DNA from: the human T2T-CHM13v2.0 reference genome, Homo sapiens
Assembly (NCBI RefSeq): GCF_009914755.1
Contig: NC_060929.1
Strand: one strand, 5' to 3'
DNA length: 64,000 bases
Shown: piece by piece, positions 47,086-59,901 of the stretch
How the letters are laid out: each line of letters opens with the position of its first letter
How positions within the stretch are numbered: the stretch's first letter is position 1
Notes under the pieces: generated by a model
The model's database searches: none
Seen by the model: only the letters and a program-made list of their open reading frames with translations
What the model was told of the DNA's origin: nothing
Made by a program: the position numbers and the translations under genes

Positions 47086-47403
47086 GGCCGAGCATGGTGG
47101 CTCACTCCTGTAATCCCAGCACTTTGAGGGCTGAGGCAGGTGTATCACCTGAGGTCGGGAGTTCAAGACCAGCCTGACCAACATGGAGAAACCCCGTCTC
47201 TATTAAAAATACAAAATTAATTGGGCATGGTGGCACACGCCTGCATGCCTGTAATCCCAGCTACTTAGGAGACTGAGGCAAGAGAATCACTTGAACTCGG
47301 GAGGCAGAAGTTGTGGTGAGCTGAGTTCATGCCATTGCACTCCAGCCTGGGCAACAAGAGCGAAACTATATCTCAAACAAAGAAAAAAAGAAAAGAAAGA
47401 AAT
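47086..47403 (+). mobile_element. AluSp
   Basis: cacctgaggtcgggagttc, ctgaccaacatggagaaacccc, gggcaacaagagcgaaact; TSD aaaaagacattcttg at 47070-47084 and 47404-47418. Confidence 0.95.
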
Positions 47404-47778
47404 AAAAAGACATTCTTGCTCCCAATATAGTGTATTAACATTCTTCACTTGTCCAAAGCAACTTCTAGATTTCAGACTCTTTATTTTCCAGTTTCATATA
47501 AAACCCATATTTTCCTTTGTAACTTATGCTCCTTTACTCAACCAACCACATTATTCCTCCTTCTTCCTTTATACACTAAAAACCTTACTAGTTTTGTGAT
47601 GTTGGACAAGTTAACATTTCTATGCTTCGTTGCACTAATTGTACCCACCACATATAATTACTGTTTCCTGGACCATGGGTCTTCTTCTTTCCAGGATCCA
47701 AAACTATGATGAATATTACTAATCTATTTTCAGTTTCATATGGGGTCCCTTCATATGCTAATGTGCCCCTAAGACATA

Positions 47779-50194
47779 CAGGTGTACCTCGGTGATTTGG
47801 TGGGTTGGCTTTAGATCACAGCAGTAAAGTTAAGATTGCTATAAAGTTAGTTACACAAACTTTTTGGTTTCCTGGTGCATAAAAAAGCTATGTTTACCCT
47901 GTACCATAGCCTCTTAAGCATGCAATAGCATTATCTCTAAAAAAAGTACATACCTTAATTAGAAATATTTTATTGCTAAAAATGCTTTAAATCATCCAAA
48001 CCTTTAGCAAGTCATAATCTTTCTGATTGAAAATCTTGTCTTAATGTTGATGGCTGCTGACTGAACAGGGTAGTGGTTGCTGAAGGCTGCATTGACTGTG
48101 GCAATTTCTTAAGACAGTACAATGATGCTTGCCACATCAATTGACTCTTTCATTTATAGCCAAAGATTTATCTATAGCATACAATGCTGTTTGGCAGCAT
48201 TTTATTCACCGTAGAACTTCTTTTAAAATTGGAGTTAATCCTCTCAAACCCTGCTGCTGCTTTATAAACTAACTTCTAAATCGTTTGTTGTCATTTCAGC
48301 AATGTTCACAGCATCTTCACCAGGAATAAATTTCATCTCAAGAAATTAATTTATTTGCTCACCCATAAGAAGAAACTCTTAAACTGTTGAAGTTATATCA
48401 TGAGATTGGGGCAATTCAGTTACATCTTCAGGTACCACTTCTAATTTTAGTTATCTTGCTATTTCTATCCATCTGCTGTGATATCCCCTAGTGAAATCTT
48501 GAAACTTTTAAAGTCATGTATAAGGGATGAAACCGACTTCTTCCGAACTCCAGTTAATGTTGATATCTTGACCTTCTCCCATGAATCATTAATGTTCTTA
48601 ATGGCATTTAGAACGGTGATTTCTTTTCAGAAGGCTTTTAATTTACTTTGCCCAGATCCATCAGAGGACTCACTATCTACGGCAGCTGTATCCTTGCAAA
48701 ATGCAATTCTGAATAACTGAATTTGATAGTCAAAATTACTCATTAATTCATGTGCTACAAAATGGACGTTCTGTTAGCAGGTATACAAACAACATTCATC
48801 TTCCTGTCCGTCTCTATCAGAGTTCTTGGGTGCATTGTCAATGAGCAGTAATATTTTGAAAAGAATCTTTTTATCTGAGCAGTAGGTCTCAACAGAAGGC
48901 ATAAAATAGTAAAACTTGCTCTAAACAGATGTGCTGTTATCTAGGCTTTGATGGATCATTTTAGAACATAGGCAGAGTAAATATTGTGACATTTTTAAGG
49001 CTTCTAGAATTTCTGAATCGTAAATAAACATTAGCTTCAACTTAAAGTCACCTGATACTTCAGCCTCTAACAAAAGAGTCAGCCTGTTCTTCGAAGCCAG
49101 GCATTGACTTCTCCTTTCTAGTTATGAGTCCTAGATGGCATCTTCTTCCAATATAAGGGTGTTTCATCCACATTGAAAATCTGTTTACTGTAGCCACCTT
49201 CATCAATTATATTAGCTTGATCTTCTAGGTAACTTGCCGCAGCTTGCACATTTGCATTTGCTGCTTCACCTGGTACTTTTTTATTATGGAGATGGATTCT
49301 TTCCTAAACCTCATAAACCAACAAACTCTCCTAGCTTCTCTTTGGCAGTTTCATCACCTCTCTAAGCCTTCGTAGAATTGAAAAGAGCCTTGTTCTGGAT
49401 TAGGATTTGGCTGAAGGGAGTGCTGTGGCTGGTATGATCACCTATCCAGACCACTCAGACTTTCTCGGTATTAGCAATAAGGCCGTTACCCTGTCTTATC
49501 ATTCATGTGTTCACTGGAGTAGCGCTTTTAATTTTCTTTAAGAAATATTTCTTTTCATTCACAACTTGGGTAACTGTTTGTTGCAAGAGGGCTAGCTTTT
49601 GGCCTAACATTCAACATGCTTTCCTCAGCAAGCTTCATCATTTCTAGCATTCTGAATGAAAATGAAAGAAGTGCAACTCTTCCTTTCACTCAAATACTTG
49701 GAAGCCATGGTAGAGATATTAATTAGTCTTATTTCAATATTATTGTGTCTCAATGAATAAGGAGGTCCAAGGAAAGGAAGAGAGGTGGACAGACAGTGGA
49801 TCAGCAGAGCACTCAGAACACTCACATTTATCAATTAAGTTCCTCATGTCATATAGGTGTGGTTTGTGGTGCCCCAAACCAATACAATACATTTATCAAT
49901 TAAGGTCCTCATGGCATATGGGAGTGGTTTGTGGTGCCCCAAAGCAGTACAATAGTGACATCACAGATCACTGATCACAGATCACCATAACAGATATAAT
50001 CATAATGAAAAAAGTTTTAAATATTATGGGAATTGTCAAAATGTGACACAGAGACATGAAGTGAGCACATGATGTTAGAAAAATGGTGCCAAGAGACTTG
50101 CTTGATTCAAGGTTACCACAAACCTTCAATTTGTAACAAATTCAAAATCAGTGAAGCACAATAAAGGGAAGTGCAATACAATGAGGTATGCTTT
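47779..50194 (-). mobile_element. Near full-length Tigger1 (TcMar/pogo DNA transposon), transposase decayed
   Basis: TA-flanked TIRs caggtgtacctc ... gaggtatgcttt; about 2.4 kb; minus ORF 49625-49834 contains MASKYLSERKSCTSF, like the Tigger1/TIGD1 transposase N-terminus. Confidence 0.93.
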
Positions 50195-52254
50195 TACTTA
50201 TGTTTGTATTATTTGCAGGAAGTGTGTTTAGAGTTTTAAACAACAGATTTACAAATAATGTTTGCTCTATGATATTTTAATAGGTAAAGAATTTTCTTTA
50301 CTAGTCCTATATCAGATGAAATAACCAATGTCTTTTGAAAGTATACTTTGATAAAGTTAAGGAACTTCCATTATTTATCTAAAATTATTACTTTAGCTTT
50401 AAGGTTCTATGTGCACAGCCAGAAAGTCAATTAGCTTCACAAAGAAACCACTACCGTATCCTTATTAAAGAATAAGTAGCCTTTGCAAAAAGAAAAAAAG
50501 AGCTATAGTGTTTCTCCATTTAACATGAATAGGAAACCATGGAGCTGAGATGAAACAGTGAAAAAGGTAAGTCCTCAGGTAACATAATAACCTCAGTCTA
50601 TGAAAAAAAATTAAAGTCCAGGTTATTTTTTGATAATAACAGATGATTTTCTCATTCTTTTGTTTATCAAGCTTTTACTATAAAACTTTCTGTGTCCTTT
50701 GGATTATTAAGTTTTAACTTGACCTAAGTAGAGAAAAATAGTTTCAGATTTTCAAAGAACATCTCCGTCATTACAAATTTTATTCAACCTCTAAAAAAAA
50801 AAAAAAAAAACCACAAATGCAGGAAACACTTTTCCAATTCACCCTACATATATTTAACCCTCTTAGCCTTTAAATAATACATTTTAAGTGAGTCACTTTA
50901 ATAGTCCAGCTATGGTACTATGAACATTGGCAGCCTGAGATAGAGAAATTGTGTTTTGCTAAAATGCAACAGTATATCTGCTCCTCTTCTCAAGAATCTA
51001 ATATGACCAGCTACACATTGCAGAAAAGAAAGAAATACTGCCACCGCCATGATAGCTGTGATAGTTTCCTGACGTTTTCTGCATAGCAGAGTTTCCTTCA
51101 ACACTCTTCTGTTATATGTGTTCATTTAGATACAAATAAGGAATAAGTAGAAAGCGTCATATAGTTGGGTATATCAAAAGGCTTTAGCGCCTTCAGAGAG
51201 ACCAATTTCTTAATACTAAAACCTACAAGGTAGGGTCTAGAATTTCCTCTTATGTCTCAGTGTTATGCCAGTGTTTAATATCCTCTTAGTAATATATTTC
51301 ACCAAATATTTTTATTCACTTGCCTCTCTTTAAATAGACAACAATAAGAGGAGCAAAAAATCTTCTGTTTATAATTAAGCAAGAAAATATTCATAACACC
51401 AAATATTAAACTGGCAAAGCAGGGTGGCCAAAACAATGAGGTTTAAAGTTGAATCAGTAAAAATGACAAGGTCACAAGACAGATGTTCTTAATAGTGAAA
51501 GCACTTGTTCTGAAAAGCTTACCCAGTGATATTTGCACTAAAGTAATAAAATATATGGGTGTGACAGGACTACAAAAGAAGCTGTGAATGTTCATTTATT
51601 TTAATATCCAGCTGCACATTTCAGAATAAGCAGGTGGATCTGCAGAAGAAACTAATTTGTCTTGTGATTTGTGCAGTCCCAAAGCCAACATGGTACTAAT
51701 GGAGACCATTAGAGGTGAATAGAGTGAAGGAGAGAAGGGAGAAAAGAGCCTACTATGATGATGTAATACACATAGACCATCAACTCTATATAACTGTTTC
51801 TAAGAACTATATTCCAGCATTGACTTCTATGTCAAACAGTCCTGAATCCTTTATTTTCTAGTGAAGAGTTCAGTATGAATCAACCCAAATTTGTATTCTT
51901 TACCAGCTTGCTCTAACTATATTCTCCTGTAGGGCTTAATGTCATCATACTTCCTAGTTGTCAAAGCCTGAAGTCTCTGCATTATTTTAGACTCCTTTTT
52001 CTCTTGCTCCTAGAAAACGGTTCTAACATGTTTCTCTCCCTCTCAAGAAGTTCTCTTAGGTGACATTAAACAAACAAAACCAAACATTTAATTTACTATG
52101 AAAACATCTATCTTATGAAACTTCCAAACCATTCACTCCAATCTGTTTGGACTTTTGCCTAGGAGAGACCTTTCTATGGAGCAACTTTCAAGTTTTCTTG
52201 CTCTTTTTATTTCCTGTTTAAGGTCTGTAATATTGTCTTCCTCCTCTGAATTTC

Positions 52255-52538
52255 TTTTTTTTTTTTTTGAGACAGAGTCTCGCTCTGTCGCCCAGGCTGG
52301 AGTGCAGTGCTCACAGCAACCTCCACCTCCTGGGTTCAAGCAATTCTCCTGCCTCAGCTTCCTGAATAGCTGAGATCACAGATGTGCACCATCACGCCCG
52401 GCTAATTTTTGTATTTTTAGTAGAGACGGGGTTTCACCATGTTGGTCAGGCTGGTCTCGAACTCCTGGCCTCATGTGATCTGCCCACCTCGGCCTCCTAA
52501 AGTGTTGGGATTACAGGCATGAGCCACCATGCCGGGCC
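52255..52538 (-). mobile_element. AluSx/Sq-like element with ~12-bp internal deletion
   Basis: gagacagagtctcgctctgtcgcccaggctggagtgcagtg|ctcacagcaacc; TSD cctcct(c/t)tgaatttc at 52240-52254 and 52539-52553. Confidence 0.95.
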
Positions 52539-52624
52539 CCTCCTTTGAATTTCAATAGACTATTTAGTTCATACTACTCATACAATACCTATAATATAAT
52601 TTATTTTTAAACAAACAATCTTTG

Positions 52625-53050
52625 TGTATTAGTCTGTTTTGCATGGCTCTAAAGAAATACCTGAGGCTTCGTAATTTATAAAGAAAAGAGGTTTATTTGG
52701 CTTATGGTTCTTCAGGCTATACAAAAAGCATAGTCCTGGCATCTGCTTAGCTTCTGGTGATGACCTCAGGAAGTTTTTACTCATGGCAGAATGCAAGGGG
52801 AGCAGTGTGTTGCATGGCAAGATGAGGAGCAAAATAGAGACGCGGTGTGGGGGGGTGCCAGGCTCTTTCCCACAACCAGCTCTCCCAGTTCTCCTGTAAA
52901 CTAATAGAATGAGAAGTCACTCATTACTACAGGACAGCACCAACTCATTCATGAGGGATCTGCCCCCATGACCCAAACACTTCCCACTAGGCCTACTTTC
53001 AACACATTTTAACATGAAATTTGGAAGGGACAAATATCCAAACTATATCA
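52625..53050 (-). mobile_element. MSTA/MSTB MaLR solo LTR
   Basis: tgtattagtctgttttgcat...ggcatctgcttagcttctggtgatgacctcaggaag...ggacaaatatccaaactatatca; flanks ctttg/cttta. Confidence 0.92.
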
Positions 53051-54565
53051 CTTTATTAGGGGGTTAATAAAACCTACATTATACAAAGAATAAATGTGAA
53101 TAACACACCATGTCTGCCCTTTAGGAAATTACTAGTTGATGTGCAAAGAAGAGTGGCATAGGCAAGTAATCTAGTTGTTATTATTTATTGTGCCACGTTT
53201 TTTGTGTACTATATCTACTTTGTGTATCTGTGTAAATGTATATCAAAATATGCTCTAAGTTCATTCAAGGTTGGGGCTACACATAATAACATTGATTGTG
53301 GTAGATAACAATGATATGTTTTTTACTAATTGAAATGATAAATATTTATCATCTATGAAGTTCTGTGCTTTCTGGCTTTACTGTGCTTAAACAAAAGGAC
53401 ATGGTGTCTTGTGTGTGTTTTGCTTTTGAGATACTAATATACAACATTTCTATTTGGACCTTCCTTTTAGTTTACTTTAAAATGAACAATACAAGGGCTG
53501 AGGAAGAGAGTGATGAGAGGGAGAGGGAACGAGAGGATAGAGGAGAAGAGGGGAGAGAGAGAGAGCAATAACTAAGCATTCCATTATGTAGACTGCAGAC
53601 TGGGGAACTCCTCCAGACAAACCTGGAGGAAGAAGCTGTCTAAGGTGTCAGGCTACTGCTGCGTGTTCCTTTATCTCTGTCAAATACATCCCTAGTCATC
53701 CATTTCAAAGTCTACTTTGTGAGCCAGAGATTTCCCCTAGGAAGTGGCTAGAAAGCCCAGTTGGTGAAGAAGGAAGCGAAGGCTGTCACTGAGATGGTGC
53801 CTATCAGCTACATCAGGTCAGACACGCACTTGACCTTTCTTGAGTAGTTTCCTAATTCATGTTCCTAGTGTAGATCTGTATTAATTTACTTTTCCCTTAT
53901 TTCACTGGCCTCTCATTTAGTCTTAGGGTCATTGCTCCAGATTTAGAAAGGTGAGGAATATCAGGCCGCTATGGGGATTAAACAATTCTAGCCACACATT
54001 AATTATTGGAAAAGAAACTGTGCAACCAGCAAATCCTCAGAAAGAAAACATATTCATTCATTTCCAAGGAGCTGTAGCAGCCTTTCTAATAATGATATTC
54101 GATTTCCCTTACTCACACATCACTTAGTCAGCAAACTGACTTTTGCTACTCTCCTCCCTTCTGTGCTGCAATGTGTTTAACTACATTTCTTCAGTATGGA
54201 GGATGGAGACAGAAAATATAATTTAATGCAGCCTTGTGCATATTACCTCAGGAAGGAAAAGCAGTATATGGAAGTCCCTCAGGAGATGCAAGTGCTGCCA
54301 TGTCAAACTTCATCAGAGCCCTAGTTTTCCTCATGTCATGGCAAAGTGCCAGTTTACCTTTAACTCAATTCTCTTGGGTTTAGAAGCAATTGGCAAGGGA
54401 TGCATTTCAAAATCCAGAAACACATTTCTTTTGTGCTTTCGCTTTTTTAACTTTTATATGTGCTTTAAGTTCACCTGTCAAATCTTTTTTTATACATGTA
54501 TATATCTCATGCAAGTGTTGTCTATTTCCATATAGTGCCAAATCAATAAAAAGAGACTATTGGTC

Positions 54566-54601
54566 TACACATGCACACACGCACACACACACACACACAC
54601 A
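54566..54601. repeat. (CA)n microsatellite
   Basis: Direct read. Confidence 0.9.
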
Positions 54602-54834
54602 GAAACACAAACACATGAGTGATTCACTAAATGAAAACTTAACACTTTTAACAGACTTGATTTTGTGAAGTATTTTACTTTCCAGCTACATTAACCCATA
54701 CGTACATGTTTTTCTGTTTGCTTTAAATAAGTTTGTCAGGTACTTGACAACCAACCTATATGTCTACAGTGTTTTGTATAAGTTTTCCTGAGGTGAAGTA
54801 TCACATTTGCAATTACTTTTTAAATTGCTCACCA

Positions 54835-54982
54835 AGATAGACAAGCAGATGGATAGATAGATGATAGATGATTGATTGATGATAGAAAGACGATTGATAG
54901 ACAGAAAGATGATAGATATAGATAGATAAAAGATAGATAGATTAGATAGATAGATAGATAGATAGATGATAGATAGATAGAT
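54835..54982. repeat. Compound (GATA)n microsatellite
   Basis: gatagatagatagatagatagatgatagatag... Confidence 0.9.
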
Positions 54983-55009
54983 AACTTACACAGTGAGAGA
55001 GAACGAACA

Positions 55010-55130
55010 TGATAGCAAACAAATATGCAAGATGTTGACAAATGGTGAAGTGAAGTGAAGGTTATACAGTACTCATTTTACTCTTTTTTTCACCTTGTAG
55101 ATTTAATTTTTTCCAGTAAAAGACTGGGAA
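55010..55130 (+). mobile_element. Ancient L1ME/MC 3' terminal remnant
   Basis: gatgttgacaaatggtgaa...gtgaaggttatacagtactcattttactc. Confidence 0.4.
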
Positions 55131-56059
55131 AAACAGTGCTTCCTATAAACGTAACTTTGGATCTTCTTAAACTTTTAAAGGACAGGTACTGCACTGTCTA
55201 GAGCTGAGCTTTTGTGCTTGCTTTGGATTGAGTTCAAAGACTTCTGGAGATTCACCTGGGTTCTAGGGTGCCTTTGTCTAACTGGAAATCTACAGGCCCT
55301 AAATCAAATAAAATGTATGGGTCAGAACATCACTAGGGTTTGGAATAAAACAAAGGCATTGCAAAGAATAGGTTTTCTTTTAAGTCAGAAAGAGCTGAAT
55401 TGGCTATTATTTACAGAGCAACAGAAAAGAATTTTTAAAAAGCCTGGCCAGCAGTGAAGCACAGAAGAAATGAAATAAAAATTGACTTCCACTCAAACTG
55501 GCATATGATTAAACTATCCCCTTTCCAAATCTGTCAACTATTTGGAGGATGGAAGGAGGGATACATGGGGGTGGGTGAAATGAAGAGTGGGTAAAATACA
55601 GTCAAATTGTAAAGGGTCCTTGGTAAGAATAAAATGAAAGTGGGGGCCATTGTGCTCTCTAAATAAAATTGACAATCAATCAATGCTGTCAAATTCACCC
55701 TAATAACAGCCACTGTTCCCCCAGGAGAATGTCAAGAAAATGAAAGTTCTTGTCACTTTTGTGTTTGAAATTTGGGGCTTTACTTTGATGCCTAGATTCT
55801 GAGCTGCTCTCAGAATAAGTAAAGGGAGTAAGAATAATAGCACAATGCTATGTTCTGGGAATCACTTTGCTCCCCAGTGGGAATCATGAGGTATCCTAGC
55901 ACATGAACCAGCGAACTTACACTGGGTTGACTATGCCGATAAAATCCAAAAGCACCAAGATTCCATAGCTGAATTGCTGTAAAAAGAACTTCTCTAAAAA
56001 TGACTGCATAGCTGCACTGAGAGTAAAGGTTTGATTTAGAGAATAGATGAATAATTAAA

Positions 56060-56170
56060 TTTATTTATAAAACAATTCAACAAACATATATTGAGATTTA
56101 ATATGTTCCAGGAGCTCTGCTAGATGCTGAGGATATCAAAACATAGTGGGCAGATTCTGCTCACAGGGAA
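56060..56170 (-). mobile_element. L2 3' tail remnant
   Basis: attcaacaaacatatattgag...tatgttccaggagctctgctagatgctgaggata. Confidence 0.65.
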
Positions 56171-56871
56171 GGTAGTAAGACTGTTACTTGAGCAGAGTCA
56201 GTATTTAACAGGAAGCTTTTCCTGAGTCGTGGCCTCTCCCATGAGGTTCTCACAGGTCTGTAAAGCACTCTAGTTACACCTAAATGTCCAGTTGACTTGT
56301 ATGTAAATAGAGGATACGATTGATAATATCTTTGAGAAGCTCTAGAAAACCTGAATTTAATCTAAACCCTCTAGAAACTTCCTGGAAGCCTCCAGATAAG
56401 ATCAAATAAAAAACACAAAGATCAAGACCTCCTTTCAATTAGAAATGCAGCTAGGCTCAGAGAAGCAATTTATGTGGATATTACCAAGTCCCTAATTCCT
56501 TTAGAGATCCATCTAGCCCCAAGGTAATAAGCAAAGTTCTCTCAATTTATGGTATCCTGGGGAGGGTGGTGGGTTGTTGCAAGAGTGGTAGGTTATCGTA
56601 ATTGAAATACTAACTTGGTTTATGTTTCCCAATGTTCTCTTTCCTTCCCCCGATTTTCTTTCCACCTCTATTCATGCACCAAGTAGCACTGTCTATTCTT
56701 TGGGGAAAAGATGTGGTTCAAAAAGTAGTAGAAAAGAGAATATCTCTTCCTGCCCTTTGAATTTGAAAATTTTAATGATTTTAATCTGAAATTTTAAGAA
56801 GATCATGAATAATAGAAGCCTATCCACCTATAGACCAGAAAACTAGTCTCTACACTGTAGGGAAAAAAGAA

Positions 56872-59065
56872 CATTTATTTGCGTCTTTAATTTGTTTTCT
56901 CAATGTTTCAAAGCTTTCAGTTTATAAATATTACACTTATTGGGCTGTTTGTTCCTAGGTATTTAATACATACTGTGTTCATAGACTAGAACAATTAATT
57001 TGTTAAAATATCTGTATTGCCCAAATCAATATGCAGATTCATTGGTATCCCCATTAAAATCTCAAAGGCATTTTTTATAGAAATAGAAACAACAATCTTA
57101 AAATTCATATGGAACCAGAAAATACCCAAATTAGTCAATGTGATATTGAGAAAAAAGAACAAAGCTGGAGGCATTACACTTCCTCATTTCAAAATATATT
57201 ATTGAAATTATAGTAATCAAAACATTATGGTACTAACATAAAGGAAAACATAACAACCAATGGAACAGAATAGAGAGCTCAGAAATAAACCCTCACATAC
57301 ATGATCAACTGATCTTTGACAAAGATTCCAAGTATACAAAATGGAGTAAGGATATGCTCTTCAACAACTAGTATTAAGAAAACTGGACATCCACAGGCAA
57401 AATAATAGAAGTGAACCTCTATTTTACATTACACACAAAAAGTCAACTCAAAATGGATTAATGAATATGGAAAATGTAGAAGAAAAGCTTCTTGTCACTG
57501 GTCTTGGCAATGATTTCTTGGATATGACACCAAAAGCACAGGCAATACAAATAGGTGAGTGGGACTACAACAAACTAAAAAGCTTCAGCAAAGTAAAGGA
57601 TCCAATCAACAGAGTAAAAAAGCAACCAAGGGAATGAGAGAAAATCGTTGTAAACCATTTACCTGATGAGGGCTTAAGATCCAAAATATATAAGAAACTC
57701 CTACAACTAAATAGCAAAAGCAAGCAAAACACCCCAAAACTAAATAATCCAATTTAAAAATGGGCAAGGATTTGAATACATATCCCTTCAAAGAGGGCAT
57801 ACCTATGGCCACCAGTTGTGTGAGAAGGTATACATCATAATCAATTATCGGAGAAATGCAAATGAAAACCACAATGAGTTTTATGGATAACTTTTAAAGA
57901 TAACTTACTTTTGAGGATAACTATTATCAAAAAGGACAGAGATAACAATTGTTTGTGATGATGTGGAGGAATTGGAACCCTTGTGCATTGGTGAGAATGT
58001 AAAATGGTGCAGCCACTATGGAAAACAGTATAGTGGTTCTTCAGAAAATTAAAAATAAAACTACCATATGATCCATCAGTCCCATTTATGGGCAACTATC
58101 CAAAAAAATTGAAATCAGGATCTCAAAGAGACAACTGCACCCCGATGTTCATTGCAACTTTATTCACAATAGCCAAGATATAGAAAAAATCCAAATGTCC
58201 CATTAATAGATGAATGAATAAGAAGAATGTGATACACATGCACACACACACACACATGCGCGCACACACACACACACAGGAATATTACCTATTACCCAAT
58301 CTTAAAAATAAAGGGGAAATCCTACCATTTGCAACACCATGGATGAGGTTGGAGGACATTATGCTATTTGAAGTAAGTCAGTCACAGATGAGCAAACACT
58401 GCACGATTCCACTTATATGAAGTACCTGAAATAGTCAAACTCATAGAAGCAGAGAATAAAATGTTGGTTACCAGAGGTTTGGGGAAGGGGAAATAACGGG
58501 AAGTTGTTGTTCAGTAGGTACAAAGTTTCAGTTATGCGAGATGATTAAGAATACAACATAGTGCCCATAGTTGACAATATAGTATTATGCGCTTTTATTT
58601 GTTAAGAAAATAATGGCCAGGAGAGGTGGCTTGCACTTGTAATACCAGAACTTTTTGCAGGCTGAGGTAGGAAAACAGCTTGAGGCCAGGGGTTTTAGAA
58701 TAGCCTGGAGCACATAGTAAGACCTTGTCTCTTCAAAAAATGAAAAAAGTTAGCTGGGCATGGTGGCCTGTGCCTGTAGTCCCAGCTACTGAGGCTGAAG
58801 CAGGAGGATTGCTTGAGCCCAGTAGCTTGAAGTTACAGTAAGCTACTATTGTGCCACCACTCTCCAGCCTGGGTGACAGAGTGAGACCCTGTCCCTCAAA
58901 AAAAAAAAAAAAAAAGTAGATCTCATAAGTATTCTTAACACAATAACACACACACACAACACATTGGATCACAAGAAAACTTATAGAGATGATGGATGTG
59001 TTTATTACTTTGCAGTAACGGTGTCTTGAGAAGATACATATATCCAAACTAATCAAATTCTACAT
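56872..59065 (+). mobile_element. L1MB-like element with short inverted 5' segment (56872-56964)
   Basis: ORF 57017-57205 ([26 protein letters not shown]) is ORF2; 3'UTR gtagatctcataagtattcttaacaca...gatggatgtgtttattac. Confidence 0.9.
58615..58915 (+). mobile_element. AluJ inserted in the L1MB 3'UTR
   Basis: ggccaggagaggtggcttgcacttgtaat...ggaggattgcttgagccc...gtgagaccctgtccctc(A)n. Confidence 0.93.
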
Positions 59066-59901
59066 ACAATTGTGTACAGTACATAATACTTGATAATGAT
59101 AAATGACTATGTTACTGGTTTATGTATCTACTATGCTATAATGTTTACCTTTATTTTAGACTGTACTCCTACATATTTTAAAATATAGTTCACTGTAAAA
59201 AACAACAGTGGGAGGTATTCCATAAGAAGACATAGTTATCATGGGAGATGACAGCTCCATGCATGCTATTGCCTATGAAAATTTACCAGTGAGACAAGAT
59301 ATGAAGGTGGAAGACAGTGATATTGATGATCCTGACCCTGTGTAGGCTTAGGCTAGTGTATGTGTTCATGTGTTAGTTTTTAACAAAAAAGTTTGAAAAG
59401 TTAAAAAAAATTATAGAAAAAAGCTTACAGAATAAAAATATTAAAAAATATATTTTGGTACAGCTATAAAATGTGCTTGTATTTTAAGCTAATGTTATTA
59501 CAAAAGAATCAAAAGTTTAAAAAATTAAGATATTTATATGGTAAAAAGTTACAGTACACTAATTTATTATTGACAAAAATGTATTTTTATAAATTTAATG
59601 TATATACAATGTTAATAAAGACCACAGTAGAGTACAGTAATGTTCTAGGTCTTCACATTAATTCACCATTCACTAACTTATCCAGAGAAACTTCAAGTTC
59701 TACAAACTCCATTTATGTAAGTGCCCTATACTGATGTACCATATTCAATATTTTACATCATATTTTTATAGTACCTTTTCCATGTTTACTTGTGTTTTGA
59801 TATACAAGTACCTATAAGTCTATTACAATGATCTGTAGTATTCAGTTCAGTAATGTGCTGTACAGGTTCGTAGCCTAGGAGCAATAGACTACACCATATA
59901 G
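59063..59901 (+). mobile_element. Tigger3(b)-like internal fragment, both ends missing
   Basis: catacaattgtgtacagtacataatacttgataatgat; gatattgatgatcctgaccctgtgtaggc; gtagcctaggagcaatagactacaccatatag. Confidence 0.85.

Noticed and set aside
50533-50572. Strong donor AAG|GTAAGT with a possible 34-nt exon
   Set aside because: Weak acceptor, not frame-preserving, no recognisable peptide.
50793-50810. Orphan A18 tract (also 26412-26437) as a solitary retro-insertion tail
   Set aside because: No flanking TSD or upstream element visible.
51039-51072. Kozak-like gccaccgccATG
   Set aside because: Followed by a stop after 7 codons (MIAVIVS*); no promoter or CpG island context.
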